Positions 1 to 9,803 of a DNA stretch of 64,000 nucleotides are shown piece by piece. This DNA comes from Candidatus Heimdallarchaeota archaeon (GTDB lineage Archaea > Asgardarchaeota > Heimdallarchaeia > Heimdallarchaeales > Heimdallarchaeaceae). Position 1 is the first letter of the stretch. Every line of letters begins with the position of its first letter. Under the pieces are notes generated by a model that did no database searches, was not told the DNA's origin, and saw only the letters and a program-made list of their open reading frames with translations. Both the position numbers and the translations under genes were made by a program. The DNA is taken from assembly GCA_030603365.1 (NCBI GenBank), contig JAUVXV010000001.1, forward strand, positions 224,001 to 288,000. The letters run 5' to 3'.

Positions 1-129
1 ATCATGTCTGATAAATTCCAATATGCACAAGATTTAGTAAAGAATGCAGGATTTGAGGTAATATCCCTCAATATGAGTGAGTTTGAAAAATGCCAAGCCT
101 CGTTAACTTGTCTTTCGATTCTCTTCTAA
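1..129 (+). CDS. C-terminal fragment of dimethylarginine dimethylaminohydrolase / amidinotransferase-family protein (5' partial)
   Basis: Own translation of frame 1: IMSDKFQYAQDLVKNAGFEVISLNMSEFEKCQASLTCLSILF*; matches the DDAH C-terminal pattern (mSEfxKxxgxltClS with catalytic Cys). Confidence 0.7.
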   Translation: MMSDKFQYAQDLVKNAGFEVISLNMSEFEKCQASLTCLSILF

Positions 130-206
130 TGTCTAACTTGTATATTTGATTTAGAAATAAAAAGCAAAGCTCTATATAACTTCATATCAGTATTATTCTG
201 ATTGAT

Positions 207-821
207 ATGTTCTTCTTCAAACGTATTTATAAAACATTAATTGGTTTTGTGACTTGCTCCGTAGTTATTGTTGTATTGATGCTTTTACTATGGTCTACTA
301 TCGGAATCGAAGAGCTAATTACACTGAATAGTGATATGATTACAAATTATGGTGCAGGAGGACACTTCTGGGTAATTTTAATGATGTTACTAAATGTAAG
401 TATATTTATTAACATGAATATACCTATTGTTGGAGTTACTCAACCAGTAGAAGACATGAGTAACCCTGGAGTTTTTGTTCTAATACTTGTCATTTGGTTA
501 ATCGGATCTTTTGCAGGAGGATTAGCTTCAAGAGGTGGATTAAGATCTGGCTTGTGGTCTGCAGTTTTATCTTATCTTTTCTTAGTTTTTCTATTTGCAA
601 CAATGTCTGGTTCAATGGTTGGTACTGGGACTGCTGGTATGTTAGTTTTTATTATTAATTTCTTTGCCCCCATTGTCCTTGGATCATTCTTCATTATTCC
701 TATCTTGGGTATTGCGGGTGGAATCGCTGGAGGAATACTTGGTAAAATGCTTTTCACAAAATCAAAGAAAAAAGATGATGTAAAAGGTGAAGAATCAAAG
801 GAAGATTCAAAGGAAGAATAA
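207..821 (+). CDS. Integral membrane protein (about 5 TM helices, Gly-rich, charged C-tail), function unknown
   Basis: Hydrophobic segments with GxxxG motifs; TATA-like ctatataa upstream. Confidence 0.75.
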   Translation: MFFFKRIYKTLIGFVTCSVVIVVLMLLLWSTIGIEELITLNSDMITNYGAGGHFWVILMMLLNVSIFINMNIPIVGVTQPVEDMSNPGVFVLILVIWLIGSFAGGLASRGGLRSGLWSAVLSYLFLVFLFATMSGSMVGTGTAGMLVFIINFFAPIVLGSFFIIPILGIAGGIAGGILGKMLFTKSKKKDDVKGEESKEDSKEE

Positions 822-910
822 TCCAACTTCTTCTTTCTTTTTCTAAATTTGATCGAGGTTTTTATACGTATATTTTTTATATTGAAAAAATAACAATTCA
901 ACTGAATCTT

Positions 911-2449
911 ATGGCTAGTCAAACTAATACTTTAGCTATTCCCTGGGTAGAAAAATATCGTCCAGAACATCTTGTTGATTTTGTGGGCAATAGAAGTGCA
1001 GTTCAGGAACTAGAAAATTGGTTAAAAACCTGGAACCAGCAAAAGAAGAAAGTAGCACTTCTAGCGGGTCCTGCAGGAGTAGGAAAGACTAGTGTTGTTT
1101 ATTATTTGATTAAGAAGTATAAATACGAATTTGTAGAAGTCAATGCAAGTGATAAGAGAAACAAGAAAGCTGTTGAGTTATTAGTAGGTAAATCTTCAAC
1201 TGAAGGTACTGTTTTACAGGGAGCTAGGGTTCGAAAGTTAATTCTAGTTGATGAAGCGGATGGTTTGTTTGGGAATGAAGATAGGGGAGGAGGAAGTGCA
1301 TTAGGAAAAGCTGTAACATCGACAAAAGTTCCAATCATCTGTACTGCAAATGATCCTTCAGCAAAATCGCTGAAATCAGCAAAAAGAAGCATGAAAGTCA
1401 TTGAATTTCATAGATTAGAAGAAGATGAAATATTGCTTCTTCTTCAGAAGATAGCTGATAAAGAAAAAGTGAAAGTAAGTGATGCAACACTTATTGCTAT
1501 TACAAAAAATTGTGGGGGGGATGCTAGATCTGCAATTAACGATTTAGAAGGAGCGGCTTTTGGAAACATTGATAAAGAGATAACATTTGCTCCTAGAAAT
1601 CAACAACATAGTCTGGATAATGCACTAAATAACATCTTCAAAGCAAATAACTTCTATGATGTGAAATCCGCACTAGACGGAGTTGATGTTGATTATCGAG
1701 AGCTTCTAACCTATATTCATGAACATGCATACAAACAAGCAGAATCATCAGCTGAACAACTCAAAATGTATGAATTAATAGCTGTAGCAGATTTTTACCT
1801 TTCACAATGCTATATAAAACAGGACTGGAAGTTCCTAAAATATTTCTTTACATTTATCTCGTCTGTTGGACTTGTTAAAACTTCTTCATTCAAATATACT
1901 AAGTATGGCTTTCCTAGCTACTGGTCTCTTATGGCGAGACTTCGTGGAAAAAATGCAAAAATAAAGAGCATCGCAGATAAGAGTATTAAACACCTTCATT
2001 GCTCAAGAAAGTTATTTCAAAATGAATATTATCCCTTCCTACGAATAATCTTCAATACTGACCCTAAAATGGCAGGGGGATTAACAACTTGGTTACAATA
2101 TAGTGATGATGATCTCAATTTTCTAACAGATGGTTCTAGTAAATTAATAAAGAGAATAAAAGATCATGCTGAGGAAGCTTATCTACAAATGGCTGGGGAT
2201 TGGATTAAAAGGGCAAAGAATATGGAAAAGAGTTTGCTCTTTTATAACGAACCAGCAAAAAAGAAGAAAGTAAAGTTTACTTCTTCTAAAAAAGTCAAAG
2301 AAAACATAAAAAAGGTAGTAGAAATCAAGGATGAAACTCACGAGAAAGAATCTGAAGAAGAAAAAACTTCAGAAAGTGATAATTCATCAGAGAAGAAAAC
2401 CAATAATAATAAAAAATCTCAAACATCTCTAGAGAAATTTGTCAATTAG
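911..2449 (+). CDS. rfcL: Replication factor C large subunit
   Basis: PWVEKYRP, Walker A GPAGVGKT, EVNASD, Walker B ILVDEAD, GDARSAINDL; C-terminal PIP box QTSLEKF. Confidence 0.95.
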   Translation: MASQTNTLAIPWVEKYRPEHLVDFVGNRSAVQELENWLKTWNQQKKKVALLAGPAGVGKTSVVYYLIKKYKYEFVEVNASDKRNKKAVELLVGKSSTEGTVLQGARVRKLILVDEADGLFGNEDRGGGSALGKAVTSTKVPIICTANDPSAKSLKSAKRSMKVIEFHRLEEDEILLLLQKIADKEKVKVSDATLIAITKNCGGDARSAINDLEGAAFGNIDKEITFAPRNQQHSLDNALNNIFKANNFYDVKSALDGVDVDYRELLTYIHEHAYKQAESSAEQLKMYELIAVADFYLSQCYIKQDWKFLKYFFTFISSVGLVKTSSFKYTKYGFPSYWSLMARLRGKNAKIKSIADKSIKHLHCSRKLFQNEYYPFLRIIFNTDPKMAGGLTTWLQYSDDDLNFLTDGSSKLIKRIKDHAEEAYLQMAGDWIKRAKNMEKSLLFYNEPAKKKKVKFTSSKKVKENIKKVVEIKDETHEKESEEEKTSESDNSSEKKTNNNKKSQTSLEKFVN

Positions 2450-2465
2450 GAAGAAAATACAAAGT

Positions 2466-2786
2466 TTATTTTTCCTCTTTAGTTTTTGAAATTTGATCAC
2501 CTAGAGGAAACATGAGACCAGATGAAAGAAGGAACTGTAACATTTTCTTGAAGTTAGAGACCATATAGATATCAGTACCTGTTTTCTTTCTAACCATCCG
2601 ATTTTGTACTAAGTAATCTATGCATTTCAGCACATCCTTTTTTCTAATACCAGTAACATCTATTAATTCATCTAAGCTCATTCCTTCTTCGTATAAACTT
2701 AAAGAAACTGCTACTACACCAATATTAACCCTATCAATTACATCACTAGGGAGTTCTATGTCTTCTTCTGGTTTTGTATCATCCAT
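2466..2786 (-). CDS. Small winged-HTH protein (TrmB/MarR-like)
   Basis: GMSLDELIDVTGIRKKDVLKCIDYLVQNRMVRK wHTH pattern; start overlaps stop of upstream PRT gene. Confidence 0.7.
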   Translation of the reverse strand: MDDTKPEEDIELPSDVIDRVNIGVVAVSLSLYEEGMSLDELIDVTGIRKKDVLKCIDYLVQNRMVRKKTGTDIYMVSNFKKMLQFLLSSGLMFPLGDQISKTKEEK

Positions 2787-3411
2787 TCTTATTCATCTCA
2801 TTCAAATTGCCATTTTTTAATATTAAGGAGAAATAAGTATCGACTAAGGGGGGAGGAATCCCAATGTCTTTTAATTTCTTTCTTATTTCTTTATTTGACA
2901 TCTTATCACAGTTTGTTTTATATTGAAATGCAGTAAACTCACCATATTCCCATGGGTATACTACCCAAGACTGTGTTTCTTTTATATAGTAATTAGGTTT
3001 GACAATGCTATGATTTTTGTAATATAGTGTTGCTGTCCTTATTTCTTTTGCTCCCTTTTCCTTAATGTGATCTATAGCAGCAACTAAACTCTTTCCACTA
3101 TCTGCAACATCATCTACAATCAGAACAATTTTCCCCTCTACTCCTTCTGAGATTTCTTGGGTAATAATAGGATTTTCAGTGGCTCTAGAAGTATTATCAT
3201 AGAATTCAATCTTAATATTCGCTGTTCTTTTGTTCCCATAAAAATCAGCTAATAATCTAGCTGGTATCCAACCGCCTCTAGCTATACCAACAATTACCTC
3301 TGGATAAAAATTATCTTCAGTGATTTTCTCAAATAAATAAAAGGTCATTTGATAGCTTTGATCCCAAGATACAATCTCATAATCTTCCATTTTTTGTTCA
3401 CACAAAAACAA
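2779..3411 (-). CDS. Type I phosphoribosyltransferase (purine PRT-like)
   Basis: VGIARGG loop, PRPP-binding VLIVDDVADSGKSL, WVVYPWE. Confidence 0.9.
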   Translation of the reverse strand: MFLCEQKMEDYEIVSWDQSYQMTFYLFEKITEDNFYPEVIVGIARGGWIPARLLADFYGNKRTANIKIEFYDNTSRATENPIITQEISEGVEGKIVLIVDDVADSGKSLVAAIDHIKEKGAKEIRTATLYYKNHSIVKPNYYIKETQSWVVYPWEYGEFTAFQYKTNCDKMSNKEIRKKLKDIGIPPPLVDTYFSLILKNGNLNEMNKNG

Positions 3412-3521
3412 CCTCTATCTTGTTAAAAAGATTATTAATGGTGCTACTGAAGATTGCATTTTAAGAAAGCTTAATATCTATGATTGAGACATTGAACTTT
3501 GAAGAATTAAAAGGTGCCATT

Positions 3522-5765
3522 ATGTCATTTATAGAAAGATTACAACTAAATCCAGAAGAAAAACAGGTTTATTCGTTACTTCTAGGTACAGGACAACTAA
3601 CAACTTTTGAAATTGCGGAATATGGGAAGCTCCACTTTTCTAAGGTTGAAACTGCTCTGGACTCTCTTGTTACAAAGAGAGCTGTAGGTGTTTCTGAAGG
3701 CTATATCGAGAAATACTTTGTTAGAATACCTTTGGAATATCTAGCTGAATCTAGTGATACTATTAATTCGAGTATCAAAGGATATTTAGAAAGCACAAAT
3801 AGCTTTATTCAGAGTAAGCAAACTGAATTTAATCAACTACGAACTAATCTGGTTAATCAGCTCAATACTTCTTTAACTCAAAAAGAAGAGGAGATAGATC
3901 AACAATACTCTAATGTTTCAGCAAATCTCCAATCTTTAACAAATCAAAGGAGAGAAAATCTAGAAAGCAAGTTAAATATGATAAAGAGTAAACTCACAAG
4001 TATTCAAGATGAAGAAAAACAATTCATAGAAAACTCAATTAAAGAAGTTTTGCAAAATAATATTGATACAATATCTGCTGCAAAATCTGTTGCTGAGAAT
4101 AGTTTAGAAAATATCAAACATTCTAATACAGAGACAATTGCGAATACTAATAGTACGATGGAGCAAAATATTAAACAACATACTGCAAGCATAGAAGAAA
4201 TTTCTCAATCTTTGCAGCCTAAAATTGAACTTCTAGAAGAAAATTATCTTAATCATCTTAATGAAATCACAGAGCTTATTCAACAGAATATTGATACAAC
4301 AAAAATTGATGTTAGAACGTTCAATCGAAGTCAAGCTGACAAATATGTAGGTTTTTCTACAGAAACCGTTAGAAAAACAGGGGAAACAATTGATAAAATC
4401 TCTGATACAGTTTCGGGTTCTTTAGGGGAGCTAAATACTTCACTTGAAATGATTCTAAATAGAAAAGTGGAAGAGTTATCACTCCAAGTTCAAGAAGCGG
4501 TTTCATCTCTGAATGAGAAAGTTGCTGAAATTAAACAGAGTTTATTTGATGAATTTGAACAGCAGAGGAATAATGCGATATCTGGTACTATCTCACAAAT
4601 TAAAGGAGATATGAACCTTAAATTTACAGATTTACAGAATAATGAACAAATTCAAAGAAACAACCTTGTTAGTGAGAGAGACATATTCTCACAAAAGCTT
4701 GAAACTCATTACAATGAGGCAATTCAAAGCTATAATGAGAAAATCACTGAAATTCAAGATACTGCTAGAACTAGGTTAAGCTCTTTTAAAGAAAATCTTA
4801 CAAACCAATTCAGTAGTATTGCATCAACAATTTTTGAAGATTTGAATAGCCATGTTCAGCAGTTCAAAGATCTATCTGATCAACTTAACGAGAATATACA
4901 ACAAACTCTAGGTTCTGAAATAGATGGTGTAAAAGAGAAATGGACGAATTTGTCAGCTCAAATAGAAACATTGACACAAGAAAACGAAACCAAAATCAAT
5001 GAAAAATACCAAGAAGTAATAAATCTAATTGGAGCATCAACAACAAGTATTACTACTGATTTGAGTAATTATTTGAACCAAACTCTAGAATCATCGCTTA
5101 AGGTTACCAATGATTTTGTCACAGCTTCAAAAACTCAGATAAGAGAGAGTAAAGATCAAATTGCTGGTAGTCTTAATGAGGAAGTAAATGCATCGACTAC
5201 TTTCTTAGAAGAAACTGGGGCTAAATATACAGATACAGCGAATTATCTTACTAGCTTAACAATGAAAATAAAGAATGATTTCAGGACTTTAGAAGCAACA
5301 ACTAGTGAAACTCCTGTTCCTCGTGTAGAAACAACATCAATAATTGGGCTTGAAGCTACCATTAGTCACATCGATAGAATAGTAAGAGCTGCAAAAAGAA
5401 GTGTGACAATCATGTCCCCAAAACCAGAATACATACCACTAGAGGCAGTAAAGTCCTTACCAACAACAGTGAGAGTTACAATAGTAACTTATCTTGATGA
5501 GCAAATGAATAGGGATTGGATAGATTCTGCTTATGCAGCGGAAGCAAATGTTGAAGTAAGAAAATTCAGAGATATGGGGACAGGTGTAGAGCTTCCACAA
5601 TTCATTGGTGCTGAGAGAGAAAATGAGGAAGTATTAATAGCAGCAACTGATGAGGCTACGCAACAAGTTGTTGGGATTTTAAGTAGTTCTACAGAATTTG
5701 CTAAACTTGTTTCATATATCATAATAGCTGATTTTGCAAGAGGAAGGTCAACACAAATAAAATAA
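3522..5765 (+). CDS. TrmB-like wHTH + very long coiled coil + PLD-like/TrmB effector domain
   Basis: N-term LNPEEKQVYSLLL..GQLTTFEIA..KVETALDSLVTK; ~500 aa of nearly Pro-free helical Q/E/N/S-rich sequence; C-term IIGLEATISHIDRIVRAAKRSVTIMSP. ATG 3522 follows AAGGTG. Confidence 0.75.
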   Translation: MSFIERLQLNPEEKQVYSLLLGTGQLTTFEIAEYGKLHFSKVETALDSLVTKRAVGVSEGYIEKYFVRIPLEYLAESSDTINSSIKGYLESTNSFIQSKQTEFNQLRTNLVNQLNTSLTQKEEEIDQQYSNVSANLQSLTNQRRENLESKLNMIKSKLTSIQDEEKQFIENSIKEVLQNNIDTISAAKSVAENSLENIKHSNTETIANTNSTMEQNIKQHTASIEEISQSLQPKIELLEENYLNHLNEITELIQQNIDTTKIDVRTFNRSQADKYVGFSTETVRKTGETIDKISDTVSGSLGELNTSLEMILNRKVEELSLQVQEAVSSLNEKVAEIKQSLFDEFEQQRNNAISGTISQIKGDMNLKFTDLQNNEQIQRNNLVSERDIFSQKLETHYNEAIQSYNEKITEIQDTARTRLSSFKENLTNQFSSIASTIFEDLNSHVQQFKDLSDQLNENIQQTLGSEIDGVKEKWTNLSAQIETLTQENETKINEKYQEVINLIGASTTSITTDLSNYLNQTLESSLKVTNDFVTASKTQIRESKDQIAGSLNEEVNASTTFLEETGAKYTDTANYLTSLTMKIKNDFRTLEATTSETPVPRVETTSIIGLEATISHIDRIVRAAKRSVTIMSPKPEYIPLEAVKSLPTTVRVTIVTYLDEQMNRDWIDSAYAAEANVEVRKFRDMGTGVELPQFIGAERENEEVLIAATDEATQQVVGILSSSTEFAKLVSYIIIADFARGRSTQIK

Positions 5766-5915
5766 ATTATAAAACGACATCCCTCTTTTTTTCTTCTTTC
5801 TAGACCTTCAAGTTATTAATTGAAGAAATACAAGATACAAGAAATATGGGTAAAGAGAGAAGAGTTTAAAAAGAGGATAAAAAAAAGGATTTCAAACACC
5901 TAGGTGAAATAAAAA

Positions 5916-6089
5916 ATGCCAACAGTAGTAGATGCAGAATGTTGTATAGCTTGTGGAGCTTGTGTAGATATTTGTCCAGAAAATGTATATGACATGAAAG
6001 ATGTAGCAGTAACAACAAGAAAGGAAGAGTGTACAGATTGTGGACTCTGCATTGATGAATGTCCTAACGAATGTATTGATTTCGAGTAA
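5916..6089 (+). CDS. 2x[4Fe-4S] ferredoxin (57 aa), not in the ORF track
   Basis: Own translation MPTVVDAECCIACGACVDICPENVYDMKDVAVTTRKEECTDCGLCIDECPNECIDFE; two CxxCxxCxxxCP motifs; SD AGGTGA at 5902-5907. Confidence 0.95.
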   Translation: MPTVVDAECCIACGACVDICPENVYDMKDVAVTTRKEECTDCGLCIDECPNECIDFE

Positions 6090-6152
6090 ATAATTGGACA
6101 TTTATTTTCTTTTTCTAATTAATTTCTTGTTTTTCTTGTCTTTCTTGTTTTT

Positions 6153-6635
6153 CTAATGTCTGTATCTTCTAAATAATTTCTTCCAACCACTTACTTTTTC
6201 TCCTAGATTTATCATACCCATAGGTGCCGATTTAACTACCTCTAGGTCATAGAGAACTTTGTCAAAACCATCAAAAACTGCTGGTTCCGCATAACCTCGT
6301 CCAATTTCATCTTCATACATTTCTAGAAATGCTCCATAAGTCATATCTAGTTGTGCTTTCACTTCTTCATCTTTTTCTCTTAATGGTGTAGTGAAGACAA
6401 TTATTAAGTTTCGATCATTATCCACTTTGAAATTTAATTTCAAATCTGAGAAGATAACTGACTGAATTTCCTGTTGTCCATATGATTCTTTCGAAAATGC
6501 ATAAAGTGCAGCTAAAAATCCTGTTTGTAGAGTGTGATCTGGTCTCATTTTACAAGTTTCTCCTCCAAAACACCTACTATAGTATGGGATACCACTACTA
6601 TCAAATATAAATACATCATCTGCCAATTTAATCAC
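6153..6635 (-). CDS. Stand-alone longin-like domain protein (Asgard eukaryotic-signature type)
   Basis: VFIFDSSGIPYYSR..TLQTGFLAALYAFSKE..IQSVIF..LIIVF beta-beta-alpha-beta-beta-beta-alpha pattern typical of Asgard longins. Confidence 0.7.
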   Translation of the reverse strand: MIKLADDVFIFDSSGIPYYSRCFGGETCKMRPDHTLQTGFLAALYAFSKESYGQQEIQSVIFSDLKLNFKVDNDRNLIIVFTTPLREKDEEVKAQLDMTYGAFLEMYEDEIGRGYAEPAVFDGFDKVLYDLEVVKSAPMGMINLGEKVSGWKKLFRRYRH

Positions 6636-6765
6636 TTAATTGAGTTTAATTATTTATAACATTCTCATTTTCTATTTTTAAAATATGGATTGAACAAAAA
6701 TTCGCTATTTGCCATGTCTGTTCACCCACACGTTTATTTATCATTTTCTAGATAAAGAGTTGACA

Positions 6766-9735
6766 ATGGACAATCTAGACTGCGTGTATCTGAAAACCCT
6801 TTCTTCAAAAGGTGGAGATAACCCTCTTTCAACAGTTCTTGTTGATGTAAATAAAGAACATTATATTGTAAACTTATGGTCTCCATGGCATGAGATTGGT
6901 GAGTTTCTCGCTCCTTATACCCCCTTAAAAATCTATAATGTCAATCAAATAACAGAGGATGATTCTACTTATTATTCTGCAGGTTCTAAATCAATAGTTG
7001 TAATTGATCCTGACATTCTACTTTATGCTACTTCCATAAACAGTGTTTCTTTCTGCCCTCGTAGTTATTATATCAATGAAATAATTGGTGAAACTTCTTC
7101 TCCATACATAGCAATAAGAGGTTCTATTGTTCATGATTGTCTTGGATTGGCAATAGCAAGTAAATCAAAACCTTCAGATATACTTCCTGAAGTGTTGGAT
7201 TCTTTTTCATTGCAGTATGAATATCATGGCTTCAAAAAAGAATCAGTTTATCAAGACGTTAGAAAAATGACCGAAAGTTTGGATTCTTTTGTTTCAACTC
7301 TAGGACCTAATTCTTTACCAGAGATGCTGTTCTTATCTCCTTTTTTTGGAATAAGAGGACGAATAGATCTCTTCAATGATGACCATATCTATGAACTGAA
7401 AACTGGAAAAGTATCTGAAGAACGAGATATTCGTTTTTCTGATCTCTTGCAGGTTGCATTGTATCGCTATGGTATTCAAGATAAAATAAGTGATGCAAAA
7501 CCACCAGATGGTACAGTAATATATGTGGGAACAAATGAAGCCGTATTCAAAACTGCGAGCCCAAATTGGGGATTACTACGTTATGGAATGGAACAAAGAA
7601 ATAAAGCCTATCGAATTTCTCATCTAGAATTTATTCCCCCAATTCTTCCTGAATCACAATTGAATAAATGTAGAAATTGTTTTGTTAAGCACTATTGTGC
7701 TCTCTTATGCTCTGGATTGAATCAAGAAAGACGATGTTCTACTTGCCCACATGATCAACTCTGTACTAAGAAATCTCTTCCTGATAATTTTCAAAATTTC
7801 TTTAATAAATTTTCCAAGTGGATAAGATACCAAAAAATTGAATCTTCTCGAAATATGACTGATTTATGGAAATTATCAGTTGAACAAAGAGTTGCGAAGG
7901 GAAAAGCTATACAGAATCTTAAACTTGAAAATAAAATACAAGATGGTATAACTACCAAACTACTCTTTTCATGTCAGAATGATAGCGAATTAAGAGAAGG
8001 AGATATAGTCGTTTTAAGTGATGGAAAACTAGTTCAGGGATTTGTCAGCACTGGAGTAATATCAAATGTTACAAATTCTTCCATTGAAATTGATACAAGA
8101 ACCATGCAAGGTTCAATTTCTGTGATAGACCAGTACTCTATTGATGTTGGCTATAGACGACAACAAAGAGGGTTATTCAATATTATATTCAAGAGAAATA
8201 ACTTCAGAGATTTAATAGTGAAGGAAGAAAAATCCATTGTTAAACCTGTACAAGGAAAATTTATTCCGACCAATCCTATACAAAATGAAGCGGTTAGCAA
8301 GATTCTCGGAACACAAAATTATAGTTTAATTCAAGGTCCAGCAGGAACTGGAAAAACATATGTTATTGCCAAAGCTGCAATTGAATTAGCTAAGCAAGGC
8401 GATAAGGTGCTTCTTACAGCCTTTACCAATAGAGCTGTTGACAATATCTGTAAATATCTATTAGAGAATCAATTTAAGAAATTCATAAGAGTGGGTTCTC
8501 TCCATTCAATACAACCTGAAATAAGAGATTATACGGTTAAAGCTTATAAAAAACAAAACCCTGAGAAATCAGCTAAGGAAATAATAGAAGAATTTTCAAT
8601 TATAGTCGCTACCACATCAACCATATCAAATCCAGTTTACGAAAGATTAGGAATACAAACCATAATAGTAGATGAAGCAAGTCAAATGACAGAACCTACA
8701 GTATTATCAGCTTTACTCGAAGGAAATAGATTCATTTTAGTGGGTGATCATAAACAACTTCCTCCAGTTGTTCAAAGTTCCAAAGCTCAAAAAGAAGGAA
8801 TGAGTATATCCTTATTTGAAAGATTAGCTGAAAAATCTCCTGCATCTGTTCATCTTCTCACACATCAATTTAGGATGAATGAAAAACTTGTAGAATTCTC
8901 TAACCAGCTTTTCTATGATAATAAACTAAAATCATTCGATGATTTGGTTAAGTTTCAAAATCTAATGGAATTAGCAAACTACACTGGAGACTATAGTAAC
9001 TTTAAGAATTCCTCAATTTACGACCCAAAGAGACCTTTGATTTATGTGCCTGTTACTGGCATTTTCAATCCAGAAAATAAAATTAATACTGAAGAGGTTA
9101 AAGCTTCCAGCGAAATAATCAATAAATTTATTGAATTAGGGATGAAAAGAGAACAAATTGGTGTTATCTGCCCATATAGAGGACAAGTAGGCGAACTTAG
9201 ACGCTCACTGCCTCCTAAAACTGTAGTTGATACTGTTGATCGGTTTCAAGGAAGCGATAGAGAATTGATAATATTATCTTTAACAGAAACCACATCAAGT
9301 AGTAATAGAGGATTTTCTGATGCAAGAAGATTGAATGTAGCAATAACTAGAGCTAAGAAAAAACTAGTTGTTGTTGGAGATTCACTAATTGATGAGAATG
9401 TGCTTGGGAAGTATATTGAGTATCTGAAAAACAATGCTGAAGTAATCTCAGAAAAAGAACCAAGGAAACCCTCCACTCCCAAAGAGACAACCATAATTGC
9501 AGAGAGTGTCTCAAAAATAGCAACATTCATGAAGAAAGTTATGATTAGGGGTCAGAAAACTGTGGATTCAAAGGATGATGCCTTGAAGTGTATGGTATGT
9601 TTTCAACCCGTGTATGAAAATGCAGTTGAATGCCCAGTTTGTGAGCATCTGTTTCACTTTGATCACCTCATTGCTTGGATTAAGGATAATGAAAGATGTC
9701 CTTATTGTAAAACTGTTCTCAGATTATTTGAATAA
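6766..9735 (+). CDS. Dna2-like Fe-S PD-(D/E)xK nuclease / SF1B helicase with C-terminal RING finger
   Basis: FCPRS, GSIVH, GRID, ELKTG, QVALY, CxxCx5C; helicase QGPAGTGKT, DEASQ, GDHKQL, TVDRFQG, RRLNVAITRAK; C-term CMVC..CPVCEHLFHFDH..W..CPYC. ATG 6766 preferred over TTG 6709. Confidence 0.9.
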   Translation: MDNLDCVYLKTLSSKGGDNPLSTVLVDVNKEHYIVNLWSPWHEIGEFLAPYTPLKIYNVNQITEDDSTYYSAGSKSIVVIDPDILLYATSINSVSFCPRSYYINEIIGETSSPYIAIRGSIVHDCLGLAIASKSKPSDILPEVLDSFSLQYEYHGFKKESVYQDVRKMTESLDSFVSTLGPNSLPEMLFLSPFFGIRGRIDLFNDDHIYELKTGKVSEERDIRFSDLLQVALYRYGIQDKISDAKPPDGTVIYVGTNEAVFKTASPNWGLLRYGMEQRNKAYRISHLEFIPPILPESQLNKCRNCFVKHYCALLCSGLNQERRCSTCPHDQLCTKKSLPDNFQNFFNKFSKWIRYQKIESSRNMTDLWKLSVEQRVAKGKAIQNLKLENKIQDGITTKLLFSCQNDSELREGDIVVLSDGKLVQGFVSTGVISNVTNSSIEIDTRTMQGSISVIDQYSIDVGYRRQQRGLFNIIFKRNNFRDLIVKEEKSIVKPVQGKFIPTNPIQNEAVSKILGTQNYSLIQGPAGTGKTYVIAKAAIELAKQGDKVLLTAFTNRAVDNICKYLLENQFKKFIRVGSLHSIQPEIRDYTVKAYKKQNPEKSAKEIIEEFSIIVATTSTISNPVYERLGIQTIIVDEASQMTEPTVLSALLEGNRFILVGDHKQLPPVVQSSKAQKEGMSISLFERLAEKSPASVHLLTHQFRMNEKLVEFSNQLFYDNKLKSFDDLVKFQNLMELANYTGDYSNFKNSSIYDPKRPLIYVPVTGIFNPENKINTEEVKASSEIINKFIELGMKREQIGVICPYRGQVGELRRSLPPKTVVDTVDRFQGSDRELIILSLTETTSSSNRGFSDARRLNVAITRAKKKLVVVGDSLIDENVLGKYIEYLKNNAEVISEKEPRKPSTPKETTIIAESVSKIATFMKKVMIRGQKTVDSKDDALKCMVCFQPVYENAVECPVCEHLFHFDHLIAWIKDNERCPYCKTVLRLFE

Positions 9736-9803
9736 GATCTACTAGAATCTCATCTCTGTCTGTTTATTAAACAAAAAGAAAAAAAGGAAAAGAGTTAAAC
9801 TCT

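Noticed and set aside
3522-5765. SMC/Rad50 or chemoreceptor call
   Set aside because: No Walker A/B, signature motif, hinge, zinc hook or MCP hairpin motif
5892-6101. 69-aa minus-strand ORF
   Set aside because: Antisense shadow of the ferredoxin on the + strand
6766-7800. Cas4-like nuclease suggesting CRISPR-Cas
   Set aside because: It is the nuclease domain of a Dna2-like fusion; no cas genes or repeat-spacer array seen in the window
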